From assembly GCA_963829525.1 (NCBI GenBank), contig CAWHIJ010000003.1:1664001-1728000 (forward strand): 64,000 bases of DNA, read 5' to 3'. Under the pieces are notes generated by a model. The model did no database searches. It saw nothing but the letters and a program-made list of their open reading frames with translations, and was not told where the DNA came from. Shown piece after piece: positions 1 through 13,094 of the stretch (position 1 is its first letter; each line of letters opens with the position of its first letter). The translations under genes and the position numbers were made by a program. Source of the DNA: an uncultured Actinomycetota bacterium. GTDB taxonomy: Bacteria > Actinomycetota > Actinomycetes > JAHEKZ01.

Positions 1-210
1 CACTTTGAGTACGTCTGCTCTGCGGCCGCCGACGGCCTGCTGCGGGCCAGTCTCGACGCCAAACGCCCGGTGGGATTCGGGCTCCTCACCTGCGACGACG
101 AGCAACAGGCCATCGACCGTGCTGGACTTCCCGGTTCGCACGAGGACAAGGGGGCCGAAGCCGCCCAGGCTGCGCTGGCCATGGCGGTCTCACTACCCTT
201 TCCCAGATGA
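1..210 (+). CDS. ribH: 6,7-dimethyl-8-ribityllumazine synthase, 3' part (cut by window edge)
   Basis: Frame 1 translates [55 protein letters not shown], the typical RibH C-terminus; ATGA overlap with hisE. Confidence 0.93.
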   Translation, partial: HFEYVCSAAADGLLRASLDAKRPVGFGLLTCDDEQQAIDRAGLPGSHEDKGAEAAQAALAMAVSLPFPR

Positions 211-470
211 AGAGCTTCGACGACCTGTTCAACGAGCTCCAGGGGCGCAGACTCACCCGTCCGGAAGGGTCAGGTACCGTCCGACTCCTGGACTCAGGTG
301 TCCACGAGATCGGCAAGAAGCTCGTGGAGGAGGCCGCCGAGTCCTGGATGGCCGCAGAGCACGAGGGAAGTGAACGGGCCGCCGAAGAGCTCGCCCAGCT
401 GATCTACCACGTGCAGGTCATGATGGTGGCCTGCGGACTCTCCCTCGAGGACCTCTACCGAAAGCTGTAG
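207..470 (+). CDS. hisE: phosphoribosyl-ATP diphosphatase
   Basis: MKSFDDLF...[18 protein letters not shown]...LIYHVQV; next to hisG. Confidence 0.95.
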   Translation: MKSFDDLFNELQGRRLTRPEGSGTVRLLDSGVHEIGKKLVEEAAESWMAAEHEGSERAAEELAQLIYHVQVMMVACGLSLEDLYRKL

Positions 471-510
471 GTGGATCCGCCCAGGGCTTTGATCACTCGG
501 AAGGAACCTG

Positions 511-1371
511 ATGCTCCGCGTTGCTGTCCCCAACAAGGGATCGCTGGCCGAACCGGCTTCGCACATGCTGCGCGAAGCCGGTTACCGGCAGCGCACACAG
601 GCCCGCGAACTGGTGCTGCACGACCCTGAGAACGACACCGAGTTCTTCTTTCTGCGCCCCCGTGACATCGCGACATACGTCGGATCAGGGCAGCTGGACG
701 TCGGGATCACCGGGCGCGACCTGCTGCTCGACAGCGGGACAGCCGCCCACGAGCTGATGCCACTGGGTTTCGGAGCCTCGACCTTCCGTTTTGCCGCGTT
801 GCCAGGCACCGCCTCAGCCACAGCCGAGATCGATGGGCTCCGAGTGGCAACGTCGTATCCGGGGTTGGTGGGGCAGTACCTCACCGACCGCGGGGTGACT
901 GCTGCTGTGATTCGCCTCGACGGCGCCGTCGAGACCTCGGTACGGCTCGGAGTCGCAGATGTGATCGCCGACGTCGTGGAGACTGGATCGACGCTTCGAC
1001 AGGCTGGGCTGGAGGTATTCGGCGAACCCATCTTGCGGAGCGAGGCCGTCCTGATCCGCGGTGATGGTGTGACGGGAGCCGACCCAGATGTGGAGACGGC
1101 AGTCGATCAGCTTCAGCGTCGGCTCAACGGCGTCATGGTGGCAGCGACGTACGTGATCATGGACTACGACGTCCCGTCGACTTTGGTCGAACGGGCCTGC
1201 GCCATCACTCCCGGCATCGAGTCGCCGACAATATCGCCGCTCCACGACGTGTCTTGGGTCGCGGTGCGCGCCTTGGTTCCGCGACCTGAGACGAATAAGG
1301 TGATGGACGATCTTTACGACCTCGGGGCGCGGGGGATTTTGGTCACCGACATCCACGCCTGTCGACTCTGA
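511..1371 (+). CDS. hisG: ATP phosphoribosyltransferase (long form)
   Basis: [28 protein letters not shown]-terminal regulatory domain; SD AAGGAA. Confidence 0.97.
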   Translation: MLRVAVPNKGSLAEPASHMLREAGYRQRTQARELVLHDPENDTEFFFLRPRDIATYVGSGQLDVGITGRDLLLDSGTAAHELMPLGFGASTFRFAALPGTASATAEIDGLRVATSYPGLVGQYLTDRGVTAAVIRLDGAVETSVRLGVADVIADVVETGSTLRQAGLEVFGEPILRSEAVLIRGDGVTGADPDVETAVDQLQRRLNGVMVAATYVIMDYDVPSTLVERACAITPGIESPTISPLHDVSWVAVRALVPRPETNKVMDDLYDLGARGILVTDIHACRL

Positions 1372-1954
1372 CGAGCCGGCTGACGAGGATCAAGTCTGCA
1401 TCCCGGAGTGCTCGCTTGCTCTGCCACGTGGCGTAGATGTCCGGCTGCTCGTGGTAGAGCACGATGTGGGGTCGTAAGGGTGCGCCACACGCAAGGCATG
1501 AGGGTGGGAGCCTCGTCGCCCCCGCGAAGCTCAAAATCTCCGGCTGGCTCCCCGCTTCACACAAGGTGCATCCCACGCGAAGCACACTGCCGTGCAGCTC
1601 AAGTGCATCGGTGTCACCAGCCCGCTGGTGCAGTCCGTCGACGTTCATTGTCGCCAGAGCCGATGGCCTGCCGCGCTCAGCCAACTCGCGCCGCGCCGCG
1701 ACGATCGCATGATGGGCTTGGTTTGGCACGGAGCCGGCAGCGGCCGACGCCATATCCAGGGCCCCGCCCCACAGCTGAGGCAAGCTGTCGGGAAGATTCT
1801 CAGCGTCGAGGACCTCGGCCAGATCTGCGGCCAAGGTCCGGCCGTCGGTGCGGTACTGCGGTAGCCCGGAACCGACCGAAACGCCTGCACCCGTCAGGAA
1901 GTACACCTGCCGATAGCGACCGAGACGCAGACCTTTTGACTGACGTCTCCCCAT
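1343..1954 (-). pseudogene. Sir2/CobB-family NAD-dependent deacylase, C-terminally truncated
   Basis: FLTGAGVS..SGLPQYR, TMNVDGLH, ELHGS, two CxxC, LRPHIVLY; the GTS and IN motifs are missing after DADLILV and the ORF runs antisense into the hisG end. Confidence 0.75.
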
Positions 1955-2023
1955 GCTTGTGATGTCGGAGGCCCACAGTGAACGATGTTGCGCCGGGAGA
2001 GTTAGCCCGGGGACTAACCTCTT

Positions 2024-2836
2024 ATGGTGAACGAGCCACCATCGAAACCGCGATTTTCCGGAGCGCCCGTCCCGACGCCGCCCATTCCCGACGACGATGG
2101 TGCCGTCTCTGGAGTTCTCGCTGGGCGACTGGACGCCTTCGCCGTCGGGTCAGTGGGCGCCGATCAAGTCCTCGAAGCTCTTTGCAGATCGCGGCTCTTC
2201 GTCCCAGTCATCGCCGTCCTCGACGAGTCTGAGGTCGACGCGGACGGCCTGCGCCATGAGAAGAGCTCGTCGATGGCAACAGTCCTGGTGCAGAACCCAG
2301 CTGGTGGGCGCGCGTTGTTGGCGTTCAGCAGCATCGACTCGCTGACCCGTTGGCGCGCAGAGGCCCGGCCGGTGCCACTGGCCGCACCTTTGGCGGCGCG
2401 GGCTGCGGTCGACGAAGGTGCAGAGACGTTGCTGATCGACGTCGCTGGGCCGGTACCGTTTGGGCTTGTCGGCCCTGAGTTGCTACTCGTCGCCGCTGTT
2501 TCACGTTCGCCAGGTGAGCCGTGTGACGACCCGGTACTGATCGCGGCGCTGCGTCGCCTGGTCAGCGGCGAGGATCGCATCGTGTCGGCGACCCTGCTTC
2601 CAGCGAGCGCGCGTCAGGCGAGCGGGCGTCCGGCTGCCGAAGACGGGGTCGGCGACGACGCATCCCCCGCCATCCTCACTCTCGGGATCGAGGGTGCAGA
2701 TCGGTCGTGGCTCGGCCCATTCGTTCAGCAGCTCGCCTCCGACCGGGTAGTAGCTCGGTTGCTGCCGACGGGGCTGCGAGTCAACGACGTCCCTGCATCC
2801 GCCATGGCAGACACGCCGGGCTCAGTGCTCGTGTAA
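2024..2836 (+). CDS. SseB family protein
   Basis: DDDG..., SRLFVPVIAVLDE, EKSSSMA, ALLAFSS..L.RW..EARPVP, LLIDVAGP. Confidence 0.85.
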   Translation: MVNEPPSKPRFSGAPVPTPPIPDDDGAVSGVLAGRLDAFAVGSVGADQVLEALCRSRLFVPVIAVLDESEVDADGLRHEKSSSMATVLVQNPAGGRALLAFSSIDSLTRWRAEARPVPLAAPLAARAAVDEGAETLLIDVAGPVPFGLVGPELLLVAAVSRSPGEPCDDPVLIAALRRLVSGEDRIVSATLLPASARQASGRPAAEDGVGDDASPAILTLGIEGADRSWLGPFVQQLASDRVVARLLPTGLRVNDVPASAMADTPGSVLV

Positions 2837-2863
2837 CGGCAGCCGTTCTGCCACTGTTCGCCC

Positions 2864-3586
2864 ATGACAGACGACCTCACCCGCAAGCTTCTGGCCGAGT
2901 TCCTTGGAACTTTCGCTCTTGTCTTCCTCGCGGTCGGTACCGCCGTCGTGGCTGGAGCCGTCGACTCCGGTCTTGTCGCCGTTGCGCTCGCATTTGGCCT
3001 GGTGCTGACCTTCGGGGCGTACGCGTTTGGCCCAATCAGCGGCTGCCACGTCAACCCGGCCGTGACGATCGCGATGATCGTCAACAACCGCATCGACGCC
3101 ATCGTCGGCGGGCTCTACATCGTCGTGCAGTTCCTTGGCGCCATCACTGGTGCGTTCTTTCTGTGGCTGAGCGTCGAGTACTTCGACGTCGTTGACCAGA
3201 CAGGTGCACTCGGCTCGAATGGGTACGGGCCGGGCACCGGCGTGAACCTGGCTGGTGCGCTGGTCATCGAGGCGCTGCTCACCATGTTCTTCGTACTGGC
3301 CGTCCTGCTGCTCACCGACAAGGCGAGCAGTCCGGTGATGGCTGGCGTCGGGATCGGAGCGGCCCTTGCCGCGTGCCACATGATTGGCATCGGTCTCACC
3401 GGAACCTCGGTCAATCCGGCGCGTTCGTTCGGGCCGGCGCTCTTTGCCGGCGGCACCGCGCTCTCGCAGGTTTGGGTCTTCCTGTTGGCACCTGCGATCG
3501 GTGGGCTGCTGGCTGCTGTCATCTACCGACTGACCAGGGCGGCGGAGTCCGCTGCGGAGCCGGCGCCGGACTCCGCCGCGAGCTAG
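2864..3586 (+). CDS. aquaporin (MIP family, AqpZ-like)
   Basis: AEFLGTF, HVNPAVT and SVNPARS NPA motifs, six hydrophobic segments. Confidence 0.95.
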   Translation: MTDDLTRKLLAEFLGTFALVFLAVGTAVVAGAVDSGLVAVALAFGLVLTFGAYAFGPISGCHVNPAVTIAMIVNNRIDAIVGGLYIVVQFLGAITGAFFLWLSVEYFDVVDQTGALGSNGYGPGTGVNLAGALVIEALLTMFFVLAVLLLTDKASSPVMAGVGIGAALAACHMIGIGLTGTSVNPARSFGPALFAGGTALSQVWVFLLAPAIGGLLAAVIYRLTRAAESAAEPAPDSAAS

Positions 3587-3602
3587 CGCGAAAGCGCGCT
3601 CG

Positions 3603-3647
3603 AGGCTGGGCTATCTCCAGGCTGGGCCATCTCCAGGCTGGGCCATC
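3603..3647. repeat. 16-bp tandem repeat, about 2.8 copies (AGGCTGGGCYATCTCC)
   Basis: Read directly; last copy abuts the stop codon of the convergent DUF1844 gene. Confidence 0.9.
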
Positions 3648-4065
3648 AGGAGTACACCGGGCCGGTCAGGTCCTCTCCTGGGCCAGTTCCTGGGGCGTCG
3701 GGGATCGGTGACGCTTCACGGAAGGCCAGCTGGAGGGTCTTCAGCGCGTCTCGCAAGGGTGCGGCGTGGAACGTACCGAGCCTGGGAGCGGCTGCAGTAA
3801 TCAGGCCCGCCAGCGCGGTGATCAGCGTCCTGGCCTCGTCGAGATCGGTCTCGTCGGCCGGGCCAACGACAGGGCCTCCGGTGAGGTCGCTGCCCGCGGC
3901 CGGCGCCGAGCCGAGGCCGACCTTTACCGCAGCAGCACTCATCAGGTGCAGCGCCACCGTGGTGACCACCTCGACAGCGGGGACGTCAGCGATGTCCCGC
4001 AGCGCCTCGGCCGGGTGTGTGCTGGCCGGGTCGGGGGCGTCCGATTTGGGGGAGTGGGCGGTCAC
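3646..4065 (-). CDS. DUF1844 domain protein
   Basis: RDIADVPAVEVV..ALHLMSAAAVKVGL, DLDEARTLITALAGL, LQLAFREAS..PD.PG.GPGE; divergent from infC as in other actinomycetes. Confidence 0.85.
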   Translation of the reverse strand: MTAHSPKSDAPDPASTHPAEALRDIADVPAVEVVTTVALHLMSAAAVKVGLGSAPAAGSDLTGGPVVGPADETDLDEARTLITALAGLITAAAPRLGTFHAAPLRDALKTLQLAFREASPIPDAPGTGPGEDLTGPVYS

Positions 4066-4280
4066 CCTGGTAGCCTCTCATCTTGACCGATCCGGTCCAC
4101 CGCCGGATCTGCAAGCGGAGGCTCGCCTCCCACCCGCATCGACCGCCGCGCTCCTGATCGGAGCGGCTCCCTAGGTCGTCGGGTTCGGTCAGTGCCTCTG
4201 GTGCCCTCTGGGGCGCCAAGGGCGCAGGTGGCGCGGGTGCTGTACCGGCTGTCCTTCAGCCGCCGTGCCATGACCGTTCG

Positions 4281-4318
4281 GGCCCCCGTCTGCACTGGCA
4301 CGGGGGCCTTCCTTGTGT
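4281..4318 (+). promoter_or_regulatory. terminator-like hairpin in the long infC-rpmI-rplT leader (possible attenuator)
   Basis: GGCCCCCGT-N10-ACGGGGGCC followed by TTCCTTGTGT. Confidence 0.45.
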
Positions 4319-4329
4319 CCGGGTCAGGC

Positions 4330-4417
4330 TGTGTCACCGAACAAGCTGTTACCCGAACAACCTGTGTCACCCGAACAACCTGTGTCACCCGAACAAGCAT
4401 CTGTCACCCGAACAAGG
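4330..4417. repeat. about 18-bp tandem repeat, 5 copies (TGTGTCACCCGAACAASC)
   Basis: Units start at 4330, 4347, 4363, 4381, 4399; the last runs into the infC SD AAGGAG. Confidence 0.9.
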
Positions 4418-4424
4418 AGTGCTC

Positions 4425-5072
4425 ATCAGCGCTGAAACTCGCATCAACGACCGGATCCGCGTCCCTGAGGTGCGACTGGTCGGTCCGAACGGCGAACAGG
4501 TCGGAATCGTCCGGATCGAGGATGCCCTGCGGCTTGCGCAGGAGTCTGACCTCGACCTCGTCGAGGTGGCTCCGATGGCTCGCCCGCCGGTCGCCAAGCT
4601 CATGGACTACGGCAAGTTCAAGTACGAGTCCGCGATGAAGGACCGTGAGGCCCGTAAGAACCAGGCCCACACCATCATCAAGGAGATGAAGCTTCGCCCG
4701 AAGATCGACCAGCACGACTACGAGACCAAGAAGGGTCACGTCGTGCGCTTCCTCAAGGCCGGCGACAAGGTCAAGATCACGATCATGTTCCGCGGACGCG
4801 AGCAGAGTCGCCCCGAGCTCGGCTTTCGCCTGCTGCAGAAGCTGGCCGAGGACGTCTCGGAGCTCGGTTTCGTCGAGTCGTCGCCCAAACAGGACGGCCG
4901 CAACATGGTGATGGTGCTCGGTCCGACCCGCCGCAAGGCCGACGTCATGGCTGAGCAGCGTGCCGAGCGTGAGACACGCAAGCACGACGCCGACGCCGAG
5001 CACGATGCGGCAATCGCTGCCGCCGGCGATGTCGAAGGCGTCGAAGCCACCCCAGAGAGCAGCCAGACCTAG
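4425..5072 (+). CDS. infC: translation initiation factor IF-3, probable non-canonical ATC start
   Basis: [34 protein letters not shown]; SD at 4414-4419 lies 5 nt before ATC 4425. Confidence 0.97.
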   Translation: MSAETRINDRIRVPEVRLVGPNGEQVGIVRIEDALRLAQESDLDLVEVAPMARPPVAKLMDYGKFKYESAMKDREARKNQAHTIIKEMKLRPKIDQHDYETKKGHVVRFLKAGDKVKITIMFRGREQSRPELGFRLLQKLAEDVSELGFVESSPKQDGRNMVMVLGPTRRKADVMAEQRAERETRKHDADAEHDAAIAAAGDVEGVEATPESSQT

Positions 5073-5147
5073 ACCCCGGCCACGGCCGACACACGCCGCT
5101 GGTGCTCCCCATGGACACCGACGATCACACCCAGGAGAGATGAAGAC

Positions 5148-5342
5148 ATGCCGAAGATGAAGACACACAGCGGCACCAAGAAGCGCATCCGGGTTACCGG
5201 AAGCGGCAAGTTGATGCGGCAGCGGGCCAACCGGCGCCACCTCCTTGAGTACAAGTCGAGCCGCCGCACCCGCCGTCTCGCTGGCGATGTCGAACTGTCC
5301 AAGGCCGACACCAAGAAGGTCAAGAAGCTGCTCGGTCGCTGA
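5148..5342 (+). CDS. rpmI: 50S ribosomal protein L35
   Basis: [21 protein letters not shown]. Confidence 0.98.
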   Translation: MPKMKTHSGTKKRIRVTGSGKLMRQRANRRHLLEYKSSRRTRRLAGDVELSKADTKKVKKLLGR

Positions 5343-5407
5343 GTTTCGCACTGAGCCCTTCGCCCCGAACCCCCAACGCCCGCAGCCCAACCCGCAGGAG
5401 ACATCTC

Positions 5408-5788
5408 ATGGCCCGCGTCAAGCGCGCAGTCAACGCTCAGAAGAAGCGTCGCACCACCCTCGCCCGTGCAGAGGGCTACCGCGGTCAGCGGTCGCGTCTC
5501 TACCGCAAGGCGAAGGAGCAGGTAACCCACTCGCTGGGCTACTCCTACCGTGACCGCAAAGCGCGCAAGGGTGACTTCCGTCGGCTCTGGATCCAGCGCA
5601 TCAACGCTGCCTCCCGCCAGCACGGCCTCACCTACAACCGCTTCGTGCAGGGATTGAAGGCTGCCGGCCTCGAGGTCGACCGCCGGATGCTGGCCGACCT
5701 GGCCGTCAACGACCCGAAGGCGTTTGAGTCGCTGGTCGAGACCGCCAAGGCGGCTCTTCCAGCCGATCGCAACGCGCCGGCGGCCTGA
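5408..5788 (+). CDS. rplT: 50S ribosomal protein L20
   Basis: [15 protein letters not shown]...GYRGQRSR...[11 protein letters not shown]. Confidence 0.98.
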   Translation: MARVKRAVNAQKKRRTTLARAEGYRGQRSRLYRKAKEQVTHSLGYSYRDRKARKGDFRRLWIQRINAASRQHGLTYNRFVQGLKAAGLEVDRRMLADLAVNDPKAFESLVETAKAALPADRNAPAA

Positions 5789-5826
5789 TCGCTGCTGGTC
5801 GCACCCAGGCCAGGAAACTCATCGAC

Positions 5827-6642
5827 GTGGCGGGCCCCGAGCTCACCGACCCGAGCAGTGCGCGGGTTCGGCGGCTCCGGCGGCTCGCCCGTCGTGCTTC
5901 TCGGGCCGATGAGCAACAGTTCCTCGCCGAAGGCGCGCAGGCGGTGCGCGAGGCCCTTGGCGCCTCGCGGGACGGCAACGCTCACGTGTGTGAGCTGCTC
6001 GTCACGCCAGCTGCGGCGCAGCGTCACCCCGATCTGGTCGCGCTGGCGGATGCCGCCGCGGTGCCGGTAACTGTCGCGTCCGACACCGTTCTTGACGCCC
6101 TCTCCGAGACGGTGACGCCGCAGGGGCTGGTTGCAGTCGTCGACTTCCTCTACAGCAGTCTTGAGACGCTCACCGCCCGAGAGCTGCGATTGGTTGCGGT
6201 CCTTGCCGATGTCCGTGACCCCGGTAACGCCGGCTCCGTCATCCGCGCAGCGGACGCAGCCGGTGCCGATGCCGTCGTCTTCGCAGGCGACTCGGTCGAC
6301 CCGTACAACGGCAAAGCAGTGCGCGCCTCGGTCGGGGGACTGTTCCACCTGCCGATCGTCACGGGTGTCACGACATCAGCTGCGGTCGAGGCCCTGCGCG
6401 GCGCAGGGCTCTCGATCCTGGTCGCCGATGGTTCGGGGGAGCGCGACCTCGACACTGCAGAGATGCTGGATCGTCCGACAGCCTGGGTGTTCGGCAACGA
6501 GGCATGGGGTGTCCCGGCCGACATCGTGCGAGCGGCGGACGCTGCGGTGCGAATCCCGATCTATGGCAGGGCGGAGAGCCTCAACCTCGCCACGGCAGCC
6601 GCACTCTGTCTCTACGCGAGCGCCAGAGCGCAGCGCCAGTAA
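5827..6642 (+). CDS. TrmH/SpoU family RNA methyltransferase
   Basis: DPGNAGSVIRAADAAG, FGNEAWG, ESLNLA SPOUT motifs. Confidence 0.93.
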   Translation: MAGPELTDPSSARVRRLRRLARRASRADEQQFLAEGAQAVREALGASRDGNAHVCELLVTPAAAQRHPDLVALADAAAVPVTVASDTVLDALSETVTPQGLVAVVDFLYSSLETLTARELRLVAVLADVRDPGNAGSVIRAADAAGADAVVFAGDSVDPYNGKAVRASVGGLFHLPIVTGVTTSAAVEALRGAGLSILVADGSGERDLDTAEMLDRPTAWVFGNEAWGVPADIVRAADAAVRIPIYGRAESLNLATAAALCLYASARAQRQ

Positions 6643-6682
6643 CCGCAGCGCCAGTAACCGCAGCGCCAGTAACCGCAGCGCC
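6629..6682. repeat. 15-bp tandem repeat, 3.6 copies (CGCAGCGCCAGTAAC), each full copy carrying the stop codon sequence
   Basis: Read directly; TAA 6640-6642 lies in the first unit. Confidence 0.92.
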
Positions 6683-6850
6683 CGACGCAACGGACGAGCG
6701 CCTCATCGGCGCACGACAGACGATCCGGTCGGTTGTCGGGGGTGACGGCTAGCCTGGTTTCAACGGTCGAAGGATCCCGATCCTCCGGCAGGCGAGCACC
6801 ATCTGGCTCACGGCGACTCCATCCCAACGCCCCGTGTCTGGAAGGCCGCC

Positions 6851-8110
6851 ATGTTCTGTCCGCCGATTCCCGAGCCGCTGGACGCGGTGCTGCGCGAGGT
6901 CCGCGCGTGGGGCGACGGCACTGGTGCCTCGGGTGCCACGGACCGGGTCGCGTGGGTGGCTGGGCTTCGTCAGCTCGTGGACGCAGCGGAGTCGGTGTAC
7001 CTCCAGGTCCTCTCCGACGTGGACGCCAACGGCGACGCCGAACTGCTGCACGGCGCTTGCAGTACGGCGTCGTGGCTGCAGGGTGCCTTGCACCTGGCGC
7101 CAGGTGAGGCAGGCACTCACGTCAGGGTGGCAAGAGCGGGGCGGGACCTGCTTGCCCCCGCAGTTGCCGAGCTCCGCGAAGGGCGGGTCAGCATCGATCA
7201 CCTCGCCGCTGTCGAGCGGTCGGTGCGCCGGCTCCCGGCCGATGTCGTCACCGAGGCGGCCGCAACGCTCATCGAGCTGGCGCCTCTCGTCGACGTCGGA
7301 CGCCTCCGCACCGCCGGTCGCGCGCTGCAGCATGCCGTCGACCCCGACGGAGCGTTCCGTGAGTGCGAGCGGCAGTTCGACCGTCGCTACCTGCAGCTCG
7401 CACCGCTGCTCGACGGGATGGTGGCCGTCGACGGGCTCCTTGACCCAGAAGGTGCCGCAGCAGTCGACGCAGCGCTCGCACCCTTCCTCGTCCCGGTTGG
7501 AGACCACGACCTTCGTACGGCCGCTCAACGCCGTGCTGATGGTTTCGTCGAGGTTGCGCGCTCGGCGATGGACTCCGATGCCGCCACGACGCTCTCAGGT
7601 CAGCCGGTGCAGCTGCAGGTGTTGGTGTCGTGGCGCACCCTGATGTCGACCGCCGATCCGGCACCGACCCCTGCCACTCCGCTCCTGGGCCAATCTCTGC
7701 GTGAAGGACTTCCCCTGACACCCCACGCGGCCGAGCGACTCGGCTGCGATGCTGCAGTTGCCCGCCTCGTGTTCGGCCCCGACGGCGTCCCGCTCGATCT
7801 TGGGCGCAGTCAGCGGCTCTTCTCGCCGGCCCAGCGCCGCGCACTTGCCATCCGGGACGGCGGCTGCAGGTTCCCCGGCTGCACACGCCCGTCGCGATTC
7901 ACCGACGCGCACCACATTTTGCCGTGGTCACACGGTGGTGCTTCTGATCTCGACAACGCCCTGCTCCTCTGCCGCCACCACCATCGCCTCGTTCACGAGG
8001 GTGGCTGGCGAATCGTCGGCCCGAAGAGATCACACCCAGTCTCCGCGACCGATCCCGTCGTGTTCTGTGGCCCGGCCGGTCAGTTGTTGACGGAGGCGCG
8101 AGCTCCCTGA
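6851..8110 (+). CDS. DUF222 + HNH endonuclease protein (13E12-repeat-like family)
   Basis: GLLDPEGA, RTAAQRRADG, RLGCDA, LDLGRSQR, RRALAIRDGGCRFPGC, AHHILPW..GG.SDLDN.LLLCRHHHRLVH. Confidence 0.9.
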   Translation: MFCPPIPEPLDAVLREVRAWGDGTGASGATDRVAWVAGLRQLVDAAESVYLQVLSDVDANGDAELLHGACSTASWLQGALHLAPGEAGTHVRVARAGRDLLAPAVAELREGRVSIDHLAAVERSVRRLPADVVTEAAATLIELAPLVDVGRLRTAGRALQHAVDPDGAFRECERQFDRRYLQLAPLLDGMVAVDGLLDPEGAAAVDAALAPFLVPVGDHDLRTAAQRRADGFVEVARSAMDSDAATTLSGQPVQLQVLVSWRTLMSTADPAPTPATPLLGQSLREGLPLTPHAAERLGCDAAVARLVFGPDGVPLDLGRSQRLFSPAQRRALAIRDGGCRFPGCTRPSRFTDAHHILPWSHGGASDLDNALLLCRHHHRLVHEGGWRIVGPKRSHPVSATDPVVFCGPAGQLLTEARAP

Positions 8111-8281
8111 CCGCACAGGTGTGATGAACCACGCCGGGGCGGATCGGCGAGAGGCAGCCTTCTCCGACAGCGCGCCTCCGACTGCGTTGCGCCGCATGTC
8201 TCGACCTGAGTCCGGGACACCGCGATGACGTCGCCCGTGCGGCTCTGCGAATCCGCGGCCCACTCCTGACACAATCCGATC

Positions 8282-10526
<2,245 letters not shown>

Positions 10527-10527
<1 letters not shown>

Positions 10528-13034
10528 TGCGCGTCCCCATGTCGTGGTTGCGCGACATCGTCAGCCTCCCTGACGACGTCACCGCACGTGAAGTTGCCGA
10601 GCGACTCATCTCGGTCGGCCTCGAGGTCGAGACCGTCGACCACGTCGGTGCCGACCTCGTGGGGCCGCTCGTCCTCGGCCGGGTGCTCACCTTCGCCGAG
10701 GAAGAGCACTCCAACGGCAAGACCGTCCGCTGGTGTCGGGTCGACGTCGGCGAACACAACGAGGTGGGCGCAGATGGCGAGCCCGATGGACGCGGAATCG
10801 TCTGCGGCGCGCGGAACTTCGCCATCGGTGACCTCGTCGTCGTGGCTCTGCCCGGCGCCGTGCTGCCTGGGGGTTTCGCCATCGCCGCCCGCAAGACCTA
10901 CGGACACGTGTCCGATGGCATGATCTGCTCGCCAAGCGAGCTTGGCGTTGGCGACGACCACGATGGCATCTGGATCCTTGCTCAAGACGCCGGCGCACCA
11001 GGCACAGATGCCTTAGGTGCGCTGGGACTACGTGACGACGTGCTCGACATCGCCGTCACGCCCGACCGTGGCTACGCGCTCTCCATGCGCGGTGTCGCCC
11101 GCGAGACTGCTGCTGCCTTCGACATCCCGTTCGTCGATCTCGTCCAGGCTCCAGAACCGGAAGCCTCGGACTCCTGGCCCGTCGAGGTCCACGACGGTCT
11201 CGGGTGCAGTCGCTTCGTCATGCGTTCGGTGTCAGGTCTGGACCCAAAGGCCGGCTCGCCGCACTGGATGCAGCAGCGGTTGCGCTTGGCTGGCATGCGT
11301 CCCATCTCGCTGGCAGTCGACATCACAAACTACGTGATGCTCGAGATCGGACAACCGCTGCACGCCTACGACCGCAGGAGATTGACCGGTCCCATTGTCG
11401 TGCGCCGCGCTAGCGCAGGTGAGAAGCTCCGGACGCTGGACGACGCGGTCCGCGATGTCGACGCCGACGACCTGCTGATCACCGATGACTCAGGGCCGAT
11501 CGGCATCGCAGGCGTCATGGGTGGTGCTTCCACTGAGATCGACGCGAGCAGCACCGAGATCGTGATCGAGGCCGCGCACTTCGACCCCCCGACGATCGCG
11601 CGGAGCGCCCGTCGTCACAAGCTGCCCAGCGAGGCCTCGCGACGGTTCGCCCGCGGCGTCGACAGCGCACTGCAGGAGGCAGCTGCAGAGCGGGCAGTGA
11701 CGCTACTCGCTGATCTTGGTGGGGCCGTCATTGAAGCCGGTCGCACGGTCGTCGAACAGCCTCGCAACCTGACGGCGATAGAGTTCGACCCGCAGGCCGC
11801 ATCCCGGTTGGTCGGCGTTGACTTCTCCGACGCGGAAGTAATCGGCTACGTCCAGCAGATCGGCTGCACGGTCATCGCGGGGAAGGCCGGGCGGTTTGAG
11901 GTGAGCGTTCCCTCTTGGCGGCCCGACATCGCGGTTGCTGCCGACCTGGTCGAAGAGGTGGCCCGGCTCCACGGCTACCAGCACATCCCTTCTGAGCTGC
12001 CGCCGGCTCCGGTCTCTTCTGGTCTCACGCTCGGTCAGCGAGTTCGGCGACGCGTCGGTGTCGTTCTCGCTGGGTCCGGTTACGTCGAGGTGCAGAGCTA
12101 CCCGTTCCTCTCGCCGCAGGTGCATGACGCGATGGGACTGCCAACTGATGACCCACGACGAAATGCACTGGTTCTGGCCAATCCCCTCTCTGACCAAGAG
12201 CCAGAGTTGCGCACGACCTTGCTGCCGGGTCTCTTCGCGACCATGCGCCGCAACGTCGGTCGTGGTGCTGATCACCTGGCCCTCTTCGAGATCGGCCTGG
12301 TCTACCGGCCAGAGCTCGGCAATCGGCATCCGCATCCACCACGTCCGGTGGTCGACCGTCGACCGACTGAGGACGAGCTGGCCGCCATCGACACACTGCT
12401 GCCACAGCAGCCACAGCGGGTGGCGGTCGTCCTGTCCGGCGAGCGTGAGCGGTCGGGCTGGTGGGGTCAGGGGCGTGCCGCCACCTGGGGCGATGCTATT
12501 GAAGCCGCTCATGCCGTCGCCCACGCGTGCGGAGTCGTGCTCAAAGTGGTGGCAGACGACCACGCTCCCTGGCACCCCGGCCGCTGTGCCGCACTCATGG
12601 TCGACGGCACGCTCGTCGGTCACGCCGGTGAGCTGCATCCCGAGGTCGTCGCCGGCTTCGGGCTGCCTGAGCGAACGGTTGCCATGGAGATCGACCTCGA
12701 CCTGCTGGCACCGACGACCGAGGTTCGGACCCCTGCGCCGAGGTTCTCCACGTATCCGGTGGCAAAGGAAGACCTGGCTCTTGTGGTCGACGAGTCCATC
12801 GCATCAGCAGAGGTCGCGGCAGCGCTGCTGCGTGGCGGAGGCGAGCTGGTGGAGTCCGTGCGGCTCTTCGACGTCTACAGCGGCGGGCAAGTCGGCGCCG
12901 GAAAGCGCTCGCTCGCCTTCGCACTTCGCATGCGGGCGGCCGACCACACGCTGACCCCCGACGAGGTGGCGGTCGCCCGGAACGGGGCCGTTGCTGAGGC
13001 GGGACGGGCAACGGGGGCGACCCTGCGCGCCTAG
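10527..13034 (+). CDS. pheT: phenylalanine--tRNA ligase beta subunit
   Basis: MRVPMSWLR, IVCGARN, TPDRGYALS, C-terminal FDVY..GKRSLAF. Confidence 0.98.
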
Positions 13035-13057
13035 ATTTTCGCCGAGCGGGGCCCCGA

Positions 13058-13092
13058 TTGATGGTCTATTCAGAACTCTGTATAGTTCTGCA
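13058..13092 (+). promoter_or_regulatory. argC promoter overlapped by two tandem ARG boxes; probably leaderless mRNA
   Basis: TTGATG-17nt-TATAGT ends 8 nt before the ATG; TGATGGTCTATTCA (13059) and TGTATAGTTCTGCA (13079), 20 nt apart, resemble the TG(C/A)AT-N4-AT(G/T)CA box. Confidence 0.7.
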
Positions 13093-13094
13093 GC

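Noticed and set aside
4330-4417. Repeat array as a mini-CRISPR
   Set aside because: Units are contiguous with no unique spacers, and there are no cas genes in the window
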